51,428 nucleotides of DNA from a virus (taxonomy: Duplodnaviria; Caudoviricetes), in IMG/VR virus record IMGVR_UViG_3300012929_000023, positions 1 to 51,428 of that record; one strand, written 5' to 3'. The position numbers were made by a program, and so were the translations under genes. Below, in pieces: positions 16,239-25,480 of the stretch. Numbering within the stretch: position 1 is the first letter of the stretch; each line of letters opens with the position of its first letter. A model generated the notes under the pieces. That model searched no databases. It saw only the letters and a list, made by a program, of their open reading frames with translations, and had not been told where the DNA came from.

Positions 16239-16278
16239 AAACAAAAGCCCCCGGCAGAGGGCGGCTCTGCCGAGGGCT
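16239..16278 (-). terminator. intrinsic terminator
   Basis: minus strand agccctcggcagag / ctctgccgggggct stem followed by tttgttt. Confidence 0.85.
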
Positions 16279-16554
16279 ACGCTGCTGACCTGTATGCGAA
16301 GGGGGAGGACGCCTTCAGGCCGCGCGATTCGATTAACTATCTACGTATTCCCAGTTATAAACGGCGATTGCCATCCCCCTGAGATGCCGCTGTTTCATCC
16401 AATCGGCGAAGTCGTGCCAATCGGCGAAGTGCTTCGTCTCGATTACAGCGAACACCCATCTGTCCAGCCGCAGTCGATGCGTATCTTGCGCATCTTCTTC
16501 TTCGGACAGTTTGCTGCTATAAACCAATCAGGTATAAAGTCCATCTTTTCCTCC

Positions 16555-17004
16555 CTAGAGTTGAACCGGCTTGTCCCAAACTACTTCGTTGTTTTCGAGG
16601 CGTTCCAGAGCTAGCCATTTATACCGATAAACACGCGACTTACGCACCGTAGCCATCCGATGGTTCTCTTCCATGAAGAACCAATGGTCTTTACTTGACT
16701 GAAAGTACAGCCATATCCTGATGATGTTCCCCTCTAATACAAGAACACGCATCTCATGCGGAGTTTCCCCTAATAGTTCATCACGCTTCTTCAGCGCAGC
16801 TTTACGGCGCTCTGAAGTCATTAGCGTAGCGTGGAACCCGAGCGATTGCTTCTCGGCTTCGACGTTGAAGTTGCCGTTGAAATCCTTCAACGATTGGTAG
16901 TTAGTGCCCGGACGTGACGCTCTAGTGTGGATTACCGATGAACTCCAACGTCCCTTCTGCCACGGCGGCTTCCGTGGTTTCTTTCGTCGACGTTTGCTGC
17001 CCAT
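16555..17004 (-). CDS. hypothetical basic protein
   Basis: 149-aa ORF with TGATG coupling to the upstream ORF. Confidence 0.65.
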   Translation of the reverse strand: MGSKRRRKKPRKPPWQKGRWSSSVIHTRASRPGTNYQSLKDFNGNFNVEAEKQSLGFHATLMTSERRKAALKKRDELLGETPHEMRVLVLEGNIIRIWLYFQSSKDHWFFMEENHRMATVRKSRVYRYKWLALERLENNEVVWDKPVQL

Positions 17005-17285
17005 CAGAAGCCCGTCCTTGGATTATTCCACTTCGGAAGACGGATCCGAACCCGTGGTTTACGCAATACGGGTTCATAATTGTGTGTTGCCAGACGATGC
17101 CGAATCTGTCCCTTCAGCCGCTTCTGTTCCTTCTCTGGCAGCTTCTTGTTGGCTTCCATCACCAACCACCACCGGCGTAATCTTTCTCTCCACATTGTTT
17201 CCTCTTTCTCATTGTCCCTAGATGTTAGCACAAATTCTCTCCTACGTCCACCGATGTAACTCTTTAGAAGTCCCTCGATGGACAT
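17004..17285 (-). CDS. hypothetical basic protein
   Basis: 93-aa ORF coupled to the next gene. Confidence 0.55.
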   Translation of the reverse strand: MSIEGLLKSYIGGRRREFVLTSRDNEKEETMWRERLRRWWLVMEANKKLPEKEQKRLKGQIRHRLATHNYEPVLRKPRVRIRLPKWNNPRTGF

Positions 17286-17435
17286 AAGTCGTTAGCGAGG
17301 TATCTAGCGGGGTCTACGCCGCCTCGTCAGGAAGTAGATTGTCGCTGATCCGCAGATAATGATCGTAGCGAAGACGATGAGAGCGTCTGCCATAATCGGA
17401 TCCATACTAGTGCTCCATGTGCGTTGTGATAGGTG

Positions 17436-17774
17436 CTAGCGAGTCTTAACCAAACGATACCCCGTACGCGGGTTACCTGTATTCAGAGTAATGGTGTACC
17501 CTGTTGGTTCTAAGAGAGTACGTATTTCTCTTAGATGGTAGAAGATCATATTACGTTCTTGCCAAGTTGGTGATCCGTACACCATCAACGCCAACTCTCT
17601 CCCATTCTTTATCCCACCTCCGTTGCGCCTCAGCCATATTACATCGAAGACGCGACTCCTTGTAGTACTAAGGTAGACGGCAATCCCTCCGCCGATGAAT
17701 GTCCTCCGTTCTAAGTCCCACACTACGAGTTCTTCAGGCAGCGGTGATCCGCAAGTTGGACATACTTCAGCCAT
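17436..17774 (-). CDS. OmpR/PhoB-type winged-helix DNA-binding protein with N-terminal CxxC
   Basis: MAEVCPTCG; V.LST....VFD.IW; ELA..VYG; HL..IR..L; GYRL wing. Confidence 0.75.
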   Translation of the reverse strand: MAEVCPTCGSPLPEELVVWDLERRTFIGGGIAVYLSTTRSRVFDVIWLRRNGGGIKNGRELALMVYGSPTWQERNMIFYHLREIRTLLEPTGYTITLNTGNPRTGYRLVKTR

Positions 17775-18129
17775 CAGTATGCTTCGTATGTACTGGATTG
17801 ACAAGACCGAGTGATGCAACACGTTCGATGGACGCTCGTTCGAAGCGAACCCACTTCTCGATCGAGACAGGCAGATTGTACCCGGCCTTTTCAAGTTCAT
17901 CGCCTTCGGCGTCGAGTTCATCAGCTACCTTACGCAGCATTGTAGCTCGATGCCTAATGCGAGCGACGGTGTCAGTGAACTGCTGATCCATCGTATCGAT
18001 GAAGTCACGCGCCCGTTGAGGCAATGCGTCTGTGACTTGGATGGTAAGTGCCGACATATCCTGAACATTCAGGTCTTTCACCTGTTCGCCCAGAATCTGT
18101 TCAGCAAACGTAGGATACTTCGCGTTCAT
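17767..18129 (-). CDS. hypothetical helical protein
   Basis: ATG 18129 with aagggg RBS. Confidence 0.65.
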   Translation of the reverse strand: MNAKYPTFAEQILGEQVKDLNVQDMSALTIQVTDALPQRARDFIDTMDQQFTDTVARIRHRATMLRKVADELDAEGDELEKAGYNLPVSIEKWVRFERASIERVASLGLVNPVHTKHTDG

Positions 18130-18173
18130 GTTATTCCCCTTCTGGCGACTCAGTCGCCTTTGTTTGGTGCCTT

Positions 18174-18398
18174 CTAGGCACCTTTGATATGCCAGTAGCC
18201 ACCGAGTGCATCGGTCCACTGATCTTCGAATCTATCTGCATCGAATTCATCAACATCACCACCGTAGAAGTCTACGATGATGGTCTCTGGTATCGGAATG
18301 TCATCCGTCTCATCGTCCATCAAGACGGTACGGATGATGCCGTTAGCATTAGGTCGATCGCCGATCCATACTCTGTCGCCTTTCGTTGGTATCTTCAT
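18174..18398 (-). CDS. hypothetical protein
   Basis: 74-aa ORF with gagggag RBS. Confidence 0.65.
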   Translation of the reverse strand: MKIPTKGDRVWIGDRPNANGIIRTVLMDDETDDIPIPETIIVDFYGGDVDEFDADRFEDQWTDALGGYWHIKGA

Positions 18399-18957
18399 AC
18401 TCCCTCATTATTTTAGGTTTGAGTTCGATTAAATCTACGAACGTATCAGCTTGACGGCGGAGTTCATCCGCAATCATTGGCGAGCGTTGTCTGCCCCGTC
18501 CATCAGGCAAGCCTTCAAGCATAGTGCTCACGATAGTTACCTTCACCCCGTACTTCAACTGAACAGCGGAGACTAACTTGCGATAGTCACCATCACCACT
18601 GAACAACACCATATGGTCGATGTGCTCAGCGAATAGCATCGCGTCAACGGATAACTCACCGTCCATATTACCCTTTACTCTCGTTCGCCCCGTCTCCGGA
18701 TCGAAGAATTCTTTCGTTGGCTTAGTCACTACAGTATACCCGTGATAGTCCAGCCAGTCTACCAACGGACGCAGCTTACTGACTGGGTCACTAGTCACCG
18801 CAGTGTAATAGAAGATACGCAATAGGTTAGTTGTGTCTTGGTAATACTTCAACAACCTACTGTAGTCGACGTCAAAACCCAACGCCTTAGTAGCTTCATA
18901 GAGATTACTGCCGTCCAAAAATACAGCAGTCCGTTCCTTCTCACGTCGCAGCATCAA
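18349..18957 (-). CDS. NYN-domain (LabA/DUF88, PIN-like) ribonuclease
   Basis: FLDGSNLY, KGNMD.EL.VD, LFSGDGDY, ADELRRQAD.F.DL; acidic catalytic residues present. Confidence 0.92.
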   Translation of the reverse strand: MMLRREKERTAVFLDGSNLYEATKALGFDVDYSRLLKYYQDTTNLLRIFYYTAVTSDPVSKLRPLVDWLDYHGYTVVTKPTKEFFDPETGRTRVKGNMDGELSVDAMLFAEHIDHMVLFSGDGDYRKLVSAVQLKYGVKVTIVSTMLEGLPDGRGRQRSPMIADELRRQADTFVDLIELKPKIMREYEDTNERRQSMDRRST

Positions 18958-19660
18958 CCCTCCTTAAAGACACTCCGATTGTGGAGTTTCTGCTTCATAA
19001 ACCAAATGTGCCAGACGTTTATTTCTTTCTGACACCACAGAGAAAGCATGGCAGTGTCGGGTAGTACAGGCATCGGGAAGTTAGGCGGTCCGATGCCTAC
19101 CGCATAACGACTGCACAACCTGCAGTGATGTATGTGCCCACCGCAGTACGGTGCATCGAATGGACATGGCCCATCGACTTGTGTTTGAATTGGCTTAGGC
19201 ATCATTTCCTCCTGAGCATTAGAGGACGGCCCATGCAACGCATCGGATGGACTTCATGGCGGTCCTTCGATGCCAGCCAGACAGCAGCGAACTGACCGCA
19301 GTGCGAACACTTCGTGTCAGTCTCCTTGCCATTGCGTAGATGGACGATCTCGTGAGCTTCGGCCTCACGGATGCCGTCGGTTTCCCCGATCACAACAGTC
19401 TCAGGTTTGTTAACTAATGCATGGGATAATAACCTGACATTGAAGGTCATTCGTCGCTCCCAAACACGCTGTCTTGGCAGGACTGGCACATGCCGGAGAT
19501 GCTGAACTCTTTGATGGATAGATCATCACGGAACTCGGTCACCTCGCCTGAACACGTCGGACAACGGCCTGCCCCTAACGCATTATGACCGCCGATAGCC
19601 TTGGCAGCAAACCGTGTAAACGGACGTGATCGTGGATCGCCGTACTTATATATGCTCATG
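18954..19660 (-). CDS. cluster of three small Cys-rich (Zn-binding) early proteins
   Basis: ORFs ending at 18954, 19202 and 19447, each with CxxC motifs and ATGA overlaps. Confidence 0.65.
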
Positions 19661-19914
19661 TTATTCCCCTTCGCTTCAACCAGAGATTTCTGATTGTCCC
19701 TAGAGTCTAACACGTTTGGGTTGCTACGTCCAGCGATGCAACTGTTAGTTAATCGATGTAGTAACGTAAGTGATTATTCATCTAACCAGCCCATGCGCGT
19801 ACAAGTCACCTATCATAACTAATAAGGTTTTTGTATAACAAGTGTATGTATGTACTTAAGTACTTAATACAGACCGGAACACGCGACACGATAGCACCTA
19901 TCACATGAATTAAA

Positions 19915-19993
19915 TTGTGCACTGCAATAGATAGTTGTGCATCGCACAACAGTACATAACGGCAACGCAACAAATCTATTGTGCGGTGCACAC
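19915..19993. promoter_or_regulatory. three TTGTGC-N3-GCA palindromic boxes (PhaR-type operators)
   Basis: ttgtgcactgcaa (19915), ttgtgcatcgcacaa (19935) and ttgtgcggtgcaca (19979) in an intergenic region. Confidence 0.65.
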
Positions 19994-20014
19994 AGACGAT
20001 GGCGAGATGTAGGC

Positions 20015-20049
20015 AAAGAAAAACCCTCGCCTTTGTCTGGCGAGGGCTT
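20015..20049 (-). terminator. intrinsic terminator after the large early gene
   Basis: minus strand aagccctcgcc-agacaaa-ggcgagggttt followed by a U-rich tract. Confidence 0.9.
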
Positions 20050-20068
20050 GGTTTGCGCCGCGCGTGGA

Positions 20069-21202
20069 TTAAGCGGCGTTCTTTTCGTCGGCCTGTTCGA
20101 CCGTCTCTTGCATCGCGGTGTAGCGTGCCTTCCAGTCCTTGTTGCTGGTTAGCCGGTCAAGGTCGAAAGACAGCAAGAACAACTCCGCGAGAAACTCGTC
20201 ACTATCCGCGCCATTGACGCGGGTGAGCAACTTGGCCCGGAACTTCTCCGGATCGCCCTTCTTCTGCATGTCCTTCATGAAGTTGCGGATTGCGTAAACA
20301 GCGCCTTCAAATACTTCGACGCTATCGACATTGATACCTTTGACAGGCTCTCCGCTTTCCCGGCTGATAGTCGAGATCAAAGCTTGCCACGTCCCACCTT
20401 TCTTATTGGCAAGCGGAACATCCAGCGTCAGGAACGTAGGCACGCTGAACAGCTTGCGTTCATCCGTATTGCGAGCATTGCCGATACGGATAGGCTTCGG
20501 AGTGTTCTTGCGAGAACGGATATCCTCCGATCCATCCTCCGGAGCATCGCCTTCCAGCAGGAAGGAAAGGTTGATGTTTCGCATATTCTCGACGCGCGTC
20601 CATTGCTTATCGATCTTGAGCGCTTGCACTAACGCCTTACGGCCGGCAGACTTGCGTCCGTTGATACGGTTGCGCTCGGCGACCAGCCAATCGTCGCCCT
20701 TGGTCTTGTACTTTGCGGGCGTTGTCGCTGCACCGTTCTTCGCCTTTGTCAGGCCGTCGAGATCATGATCAAACGCCTTGCAGATCGGAGTAAGACTGTA
20801 CAGATAATCGACAACTTCGATGTTGGTGAATTTCGTCAGCCCGTCTTTGTCCTTAGACGGGATAGCAAACGTATTCAACAATGTCTTGTTATCCACATCC
20901 TTGACACCCGGCTCCGGGATTAAGTGCAGTTGTTCCGGAGACATGATATCATTGAGGTAGTCGAGCATAGCCAAAGACGCCATGTCTCTGACTTCCTTAG
21001 CATCAGCCGCTTCATTAACGATAGTTTCAAAGCCATCGTCAAACAACTCGGCAATGAGTTTGATACCATCGATCGTGATAGGTATCAATTCGACTTCCTT
21101 TGCCGGGATCACGGCGGGAACCTGCGCGGGAACAACGGGTGCCTGCGCTGCATCAGCGGCCACGTTAACGGGCCGATGGGTACGGTTAGGACGGTTAGCC
21201 AT
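20069..21202 (-). CDS. large early protein of unknown function (377 aa)
   Basis: ATG 21202 with aaggaag RBS, host-like codon usage, own terminator; ends in AA. Confidence 0.85.
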   Translation of the reverse strand: MANRPNRTHRPVNVAADAAQAPVVPAQVPAVIPAKEVELIPITIDGIKLIAELFDDGFETIVNEAADAKEVRDMASLAMLDYLNDIMSPEQLHLIPEPGVKDVDNKTLLNTFAIPSKDKDGLTKFTNIEVVDYLYSLTPICKAFDHDLDGLTKAKNGAATTPAKYKTKGDDWLVAERNRINGRKSAGRKALVQALKIDKQWTRVENMRNINLSFLLEGDAPEDGSEDIRSRKNTPKPIRIGNARNTDERKLFSVPTFLTLDVPLANKKGGTWQALISTISRESGEPVKGINVDSVEVFEGAVYAIRNFMKDMQKKGDPEKFRAKLLTRVNGADSDEFLAELFLLSFDLDRLTSNKDWKARYTAMQETVEQADEKNAA

Positions 21203-21297
21203 AGTAGTCTCTTCCTTATCGGACACACGGAAACCGAATGGTTTCCTACATGATTGTCCGCCTTTGCCCTGACTTTCGAGAGGGCAATGGCAGATAA

Positions 21298-21761
21298 TCA
21301 AAACCAATCTGTTCTACCGTCCGAACGATAGACAGTATGCCAGTAACGCTCTTGTTCAATCATCACCGGATCAACGGCCATTGTGCCGATGATTATAACC
21401 AATGGATCAGGATAGTACTCAACCTCAAGCGGGATAGCAGGCACGGAATAGTGAGGCGCTTCGCAACCATAGTGGTACGAATTACTCACCTTGAAATGGT
21501 AGCCAAGGTGTTCATTGTATCGGTTAAATCCGTTGTTGTGACGGACGGTTATTGTATGCGTCATGTGTCTCCCCTTTTGTTCATAATCCGTGCGGCATCC
21601 ACGCCCCCGACCGCGCAAAGAACTAGCGCGATGACTTCATTGCCATCAACGTTGCCCATGATGGTTAGCAACCTTTCGTATTCCTTCACGATGGCCGGGT
21701 ATTCAGATGTTAAGATAACATCAGCCATCGCTTCTTCGATCTCAGGTATTGTATTGAACAT
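21298..21761 (-). CDS. two small early hypothetical proteins (21561-21761 and ~21298-21564)
   Basis: strong RBSs (aggggag) and ATGA overlap. Confidence 0.6.
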
Positions 21762-22792
21762 CGATCTCCCCTTTTCAATTCACCAAAGAACAAGGTTAGC
21801 ACATGATCCGACCTAACACCATCACGAAATCGTGATATACGATGGTTTTCATCACAACTCCGTGATCGGGAGGTATGCAGATTTGAGGGCACTCGTTATG
21901 TTGCAGTGCCGAAAAGCTCTGCGCTGGCTGCATACGTGTTGCGGTGCAACATTCATTTAGAAGGCCGTGGATTGATCGGGCTTGCCCATGACCGGATGAT
22001 ACACGGATTTGAAACGCTATCCCTTGGCCATCACAAGTCCAGCAATCGGTAGAATAATATTCTCTTTTTCCATGGTGCACTGCACCCAATATGTACCTTT
22101 TGGTAGGGAAGTCACACTCGGGCGCCCGGGCAACTCGCCCCTTATGTATAACGTATGTTAAACGAGCGAGACTCGCTTGAGGTATACGTTATTAGGAGTA
22201 TCTTCTTAGGGGTAATACGCGAGAGTAGAGTATTCTCGCGTTACTCTTTCTTACTCTAGAGTACTCTAGTACTAAAGAGAACTCTATCGTATTCTTAAGG
22301 TAATTATTGCTATTGAGAATCAGTTGCAACAAGGTTTCGCTCAAACCGGTTGTGGGGGTCGAGGGGTCGAATTGCAGCAATGAACTCCACCTAAAGAATT
22401 ACTCGTAGAAATTTCTACACGGAGAAAGTATCGGATAATTTTTTCCGGTATATTTTTACGATACCTTCTTCAAACTCTTTCTGGATTCGGTCTACACACG
22501 GAATGTACCGAAGTTTGTTAACTTCAACTAAGAAAGTAGAAATATCTTTATCGAACATCACATATCCAACTCTGGTCTATTTCGGTTGCTGTTATGTTTT
22601 CTGTCACAAAATCTCCTTGATCTGACGGATTTTCAAATCATAGTCATCGAAGACTAAATCGTAGCTTTGGATCGGACTCAGTCCCGGACCAGCAATGACT
22701 ACCCAGTTTATCCGTTTTGGCTTGTCTAGAATGTAATCTACATCGCTAGATTTCGTTTTAGTTATTTTCATCGAAATATCCTTATTTTACTC

Positions 22793-22910
22793 GATAGGCG
22801 TTTAAATGCCATTAGAAGCCCACTGGTGCGTTTTGTACTTTCGAAGCTAGGGTGGTAGCCAGTGGTACATTTAAACTCACCCACGGCCTTCTAATTGAAT
22901 CCTAGAGGCA
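22793..22910. repeat. copy C (complete, two-armed) of dyad-symmetric dispersed element
   Basis: attagaag..tggtgcgtttt-core agctag ggtg gtagcc-atttaaactcaccca..cttctaat. Confidence 0.8.
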
Positions 22911-22912
22911 TT

Positions 22913-23251
22913 CTACGGTACGTCGATGGTATGAATTGGAATATTTGCTAATTTAGCTAGTTTTACCATATTTGCTGTCCCTTTTCCTCCGGGGAAGGCT
23001 ACTACTAAATCTGGCTTGCCTTCCGCCAACATCTGCTTATTTCGGATATATCCAGCAGACTTGCTGTACTTTCCCCAATCAGCGGGAAAAGGCATGACGG
23101 GGACTTCATTAGCTCTAGCCCAATTATCGGCTAGATCATCCGCTCCTTTAGCGTTCCCGTGTATAATACTACTAGGACCTAAAGAACTAAGTACTTCAGA
23201 GACTTTACTCTGATTACTATAGTCTCTTCCTCCGCATACTAATACTCTCAT
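22913..23251 (-). CDS. DUF2493 / YspA-like SLOG family protein
   Basis: MRVLVCGGRDY, IIHG.AKGAD, FPADW..Y.KSAG.IRN.QML, VVAFPGGKGT.NM. Confidence 0.9.
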   Translation of the reverse strand: MRVLVCGGRDYSNQSKVSEVLSSLGPSSIIHGNAKGADDLADNWARANEVPVMPFPADWGKYSKSAGYIRNKQMLAEGKPDLVVAFPGGKGTANMVKLAKLANIPIHTIDVP

Positions 23252-23473
23252 AGTTCCTTAGTTCCTTCTGTATCCTTTAGTATATTACTCATTTAAGATA
23301 TATCCTTAGGTTCTTTAGTTCTTAAGTTACCTTAAGTTATCTATTATAACTCTACTACCTTCTATAACTATATACAGAAAATATATAGTACCTATGAAGA
23401 CTGCTGGTATACTCAGTAGTATCAACAGACAACCCATGTTATTTCTATTAAACATCTCCTATAATCCTCGTAT

Positions 23474-23503
23474 TTGACAAACGAAGTACTTTAGTGGTAT
23501 AAT
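23474..23503 (+). promoter_or_regulatory. consensus sigma70 promoter for the structural arm
   Basis: TTGACA (23474-79), 18-bp spacer, TATAAT (23498-503) with extended TG. Confidence 0.85.
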
Positions 23504-23516
23504 ATGCAGATGTCAA
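23488..23516 (-). promoter_or_regulatory. overlapping divergent sigma70 promoter
   Basis: minus strand TTGACA (23516-11), 17-bp spacer, TAAAGT (23493-88). Confidence 0.55.
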
Positions 23517-23854
23517 GTCTTATTACGGTCTTAAGCTGTCTTAAGACCTTTATTACCCTTAAGAAGGTACTAATCCTTTTTCTTCTAACAAGTTTAATCT
23601 ATGGATTGGGAACTCTTGGTCTTCATGCTCATGATTGGTATCCCGCCGCTTGTTGTAGCGGCGTTGATTGTCATCCTATAGCAAGTTGTTCAGAGTTGAC
23701 AGAAGGGTTGAAAGGAACGGTAGATTGGGGGAAGTACCACTTTCAAGACTTCCAAGTCCATCCTTCATTAGACAATCAATGTCATGTCTGTATTCACCCT
23801 TATACGACTATAGGGGAGAAACCTATGTGCGTCTTCATCCAACAAGGGAGCTAA
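23510..23854 (+). CDS. signal/TM-anchored Cys-rich protein (HDWYP..CCSG.DCHP type)
   Basis: hydrophobic N-terminus followed by a Cys-rich domain; start at 23504 or 23510. Confidence 0.7.
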   Translation: MSSLITVLSCLKTFITLKKVLILFLLTSLIYGLGTLGLHAHDWYPAACCSGVDCHPIASCSELTEGLKGTVDWGKYHFQDFQVHPSLDNQCHVCIHPYTTIGEKPMCVFIQQGS

Positions 23855-24100
23855 AATGTCTTCTGTCTTTCATATAATTAAGATAGCCGTCTCTGTCATC
23901 GCAGGCGTAGCCGCTTGTGTCTGTCTATTTGTCGCGATGGGCTTAGTTGTCCCGTTGTCTGCTGTCTCGATAGCATTCTCGCTTATGCCTGAATGAAGCG
24001 TCTTCCGAAGCAAGCGCAGATGCAAATCTCGCATATCAACAACAAACTAGATTTAATACTGAATCTTCTCATACACGTAATCAATAAGGAAAACTACATA

Positions 24101-24334
24101 ATGGCTAATATTCAAGATGTCTCCGCCGCAGTCGCTGCTGAAAGCTCTGTCGACGATTCAATTATCACTCTTCTGAACGGTATCGTTCAGCAGCTCAAGG
24201 ATGCCCAAGCATCTAACGATCCTGCTGCTCTTGATGTCGTTGTTGCTAGCATCCAAGCTAACACTAAGAAGCTCCAAGACGCCGTAACAGCTAACACGCC
24301 TGTTACCCCTGTACAGGCTGCTGCAACTTCATAA
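24101..24334 (+). CDS. small Ala-rich helical protein
   Basis: ATG 24101 after an aagga RBS. Confidence 0.7.
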   Translation: MANIQDVSAAVAAESSVDDSIITLLNGIVQQLKDAQASNDPAALDVVVASIQANTKKLQDAVTANTPVTPVQAAATS

Positions 24335-24456
24335 TGCCCTTCAAGAAGCAATCAAACGGTAAGTACAAATCTCCTTCTGGGAGGACCTTTACTAAAAATC
24401 AAGTAAAGATGTACTACGCTACAGATGGCTTCAAGAAGAAACCTAAAGGAAAATAA

Positions 24457-24765
24457 ATGGCTAAACTATACATATCTGAATACCCCCAAGCAGGTGTGAT
24501 GGGAGTTGGTGGAGTTACAGAAGTAGCTAGTTTACCATCCTCCGTCGAACAAACACCCGTCGTTATCGGAGCCGGTAGTCTACAATCTGCTGTCTTCAAT
24601 CCCGGTACTACCTTCCTCCGTCTTCACACCGATGCTATTTGTTCTGTAGCCGTAGGAGTTAATCCTACCGCTACAGCTAACAGCTTCCGCATGGCGGCTA
24701 ATACTACTGAATACTTTGGTCTTCAAGCGCAAGGCTTGAGGCTTGCAGTTATTACTAATACATAA
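24457..24765 (+). CDS. putative virion structural protein
   Basis: aagga RBS; beta-rich composition. Confidence 0.7.
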   Translation: MAKLYISEYPQAGVMGVGGVTEVASLPSSVEQTPVVIGAGSLQSAVFNPGTTFLRLHTDAICSVAVGVNPTATANSFRMAANTTEYFGLQAQGLRLAVITNT

Positions 24766-24773
24766 GGATAAAA

Positions 24774-25181
24774 ATGTCTGTCGTCTACAGCAATACCGTC
24801 AAGGATAACCGACTCAATGTCGCCAATGACGCCGTTAATTCTAAGACCTACGCCTCTGGTACAGGAGCAGGGTCTGTTGGTTCGCTAGTCATTGGTACGT
24901 CTTCCCTATCGGGTGCTACTGGTGTACTAGCTACTATTGTTCTTCAAAATCCAGCCTTTACAGAAGCTTCGCAAGTACTAACTCTTGCTGGTGTTCCGTT
25001 GTCTGTAGCGGCTTCTGCTAGCGGTACTGCCGCTAAAGCGGAACTCCGTAACAATGCGGGTACTGTCGTAGTCTCCGGACTGACTGTCGGTACTTCCGCT
25101 ACCGATATCATCCTCGGTACTACTACAATTACCTCAGGTGGTACGGTTACGATTACTGCTGGTACGATTACACACGGATAA
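24774..25181 (+). CDS. putative virion structural protein (Gly/Thr/Ser-rich)
   Basis: GTAAKAELRN..G..VVSGLTVGTS.TDIIL..T.IT.G..VTIT..TITH pattern seen in phage fibre/decoration proteins. Confidence 0.75.
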   Translation: MSVVYSNTVKDNRLNVANDAVNSKTYASGTGAGSVGSLVIGTSSLSGATGVLATIVLQNPAFTEASQVLTLAGVPLSVAASASGTAAKAELRNNAGTVVVSGLTVGTSATDIILGTTTITSGGTVTITAGTITHG

Positions 25182-25184
25182 CAA

Positions 25185-25478
25185 ATGGCAAGAGATTTTA
25201 TTAAAATAGATGTTTCTAATCCTTCCGTTGCAACTCAAGCAGCACTTCTGAAAAACTATGTTGCTGTCTTGCGGCAGGCGTATGAAACCGGCACTCGTGT
25301 CAAGGCCATCATGACCCATAACAACGACGGAACGGTTTTTACCGACATTGAGACTTATTTTGGTTTACCCGCTGGGAAAGGTCAAACTATGTTCAATCTT
25401 GTCAACGGTTCAATTGGTTCGATGGAAGGGACGTTTCAGGTTTCCGATGCTAAGACAATTACGGAATCGGTTGGGTAG
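25185..25478 (+). CDS. hypothetical protein
   Basis: 97-aa ORF in the operon. Confidence 0.7.
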   Translation: MARDFIKIDVSNPSVATQAALLKNYVAVLRQAYETGTRVKAIMTHNNDGTVFTDIETYFGLPAGKGQTMFNLVNGSIGSMEGTFQVSDAKTITESVG

Positions 25479-25480
25479 TC

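Noticed and set aside
16397-16432. 14-nt direct repeat ccaatcggcgaagt x2
   Set aside because: Only two copies, in frame within a small ORF (FADW twice); a local duplication, not a CRISPR array.
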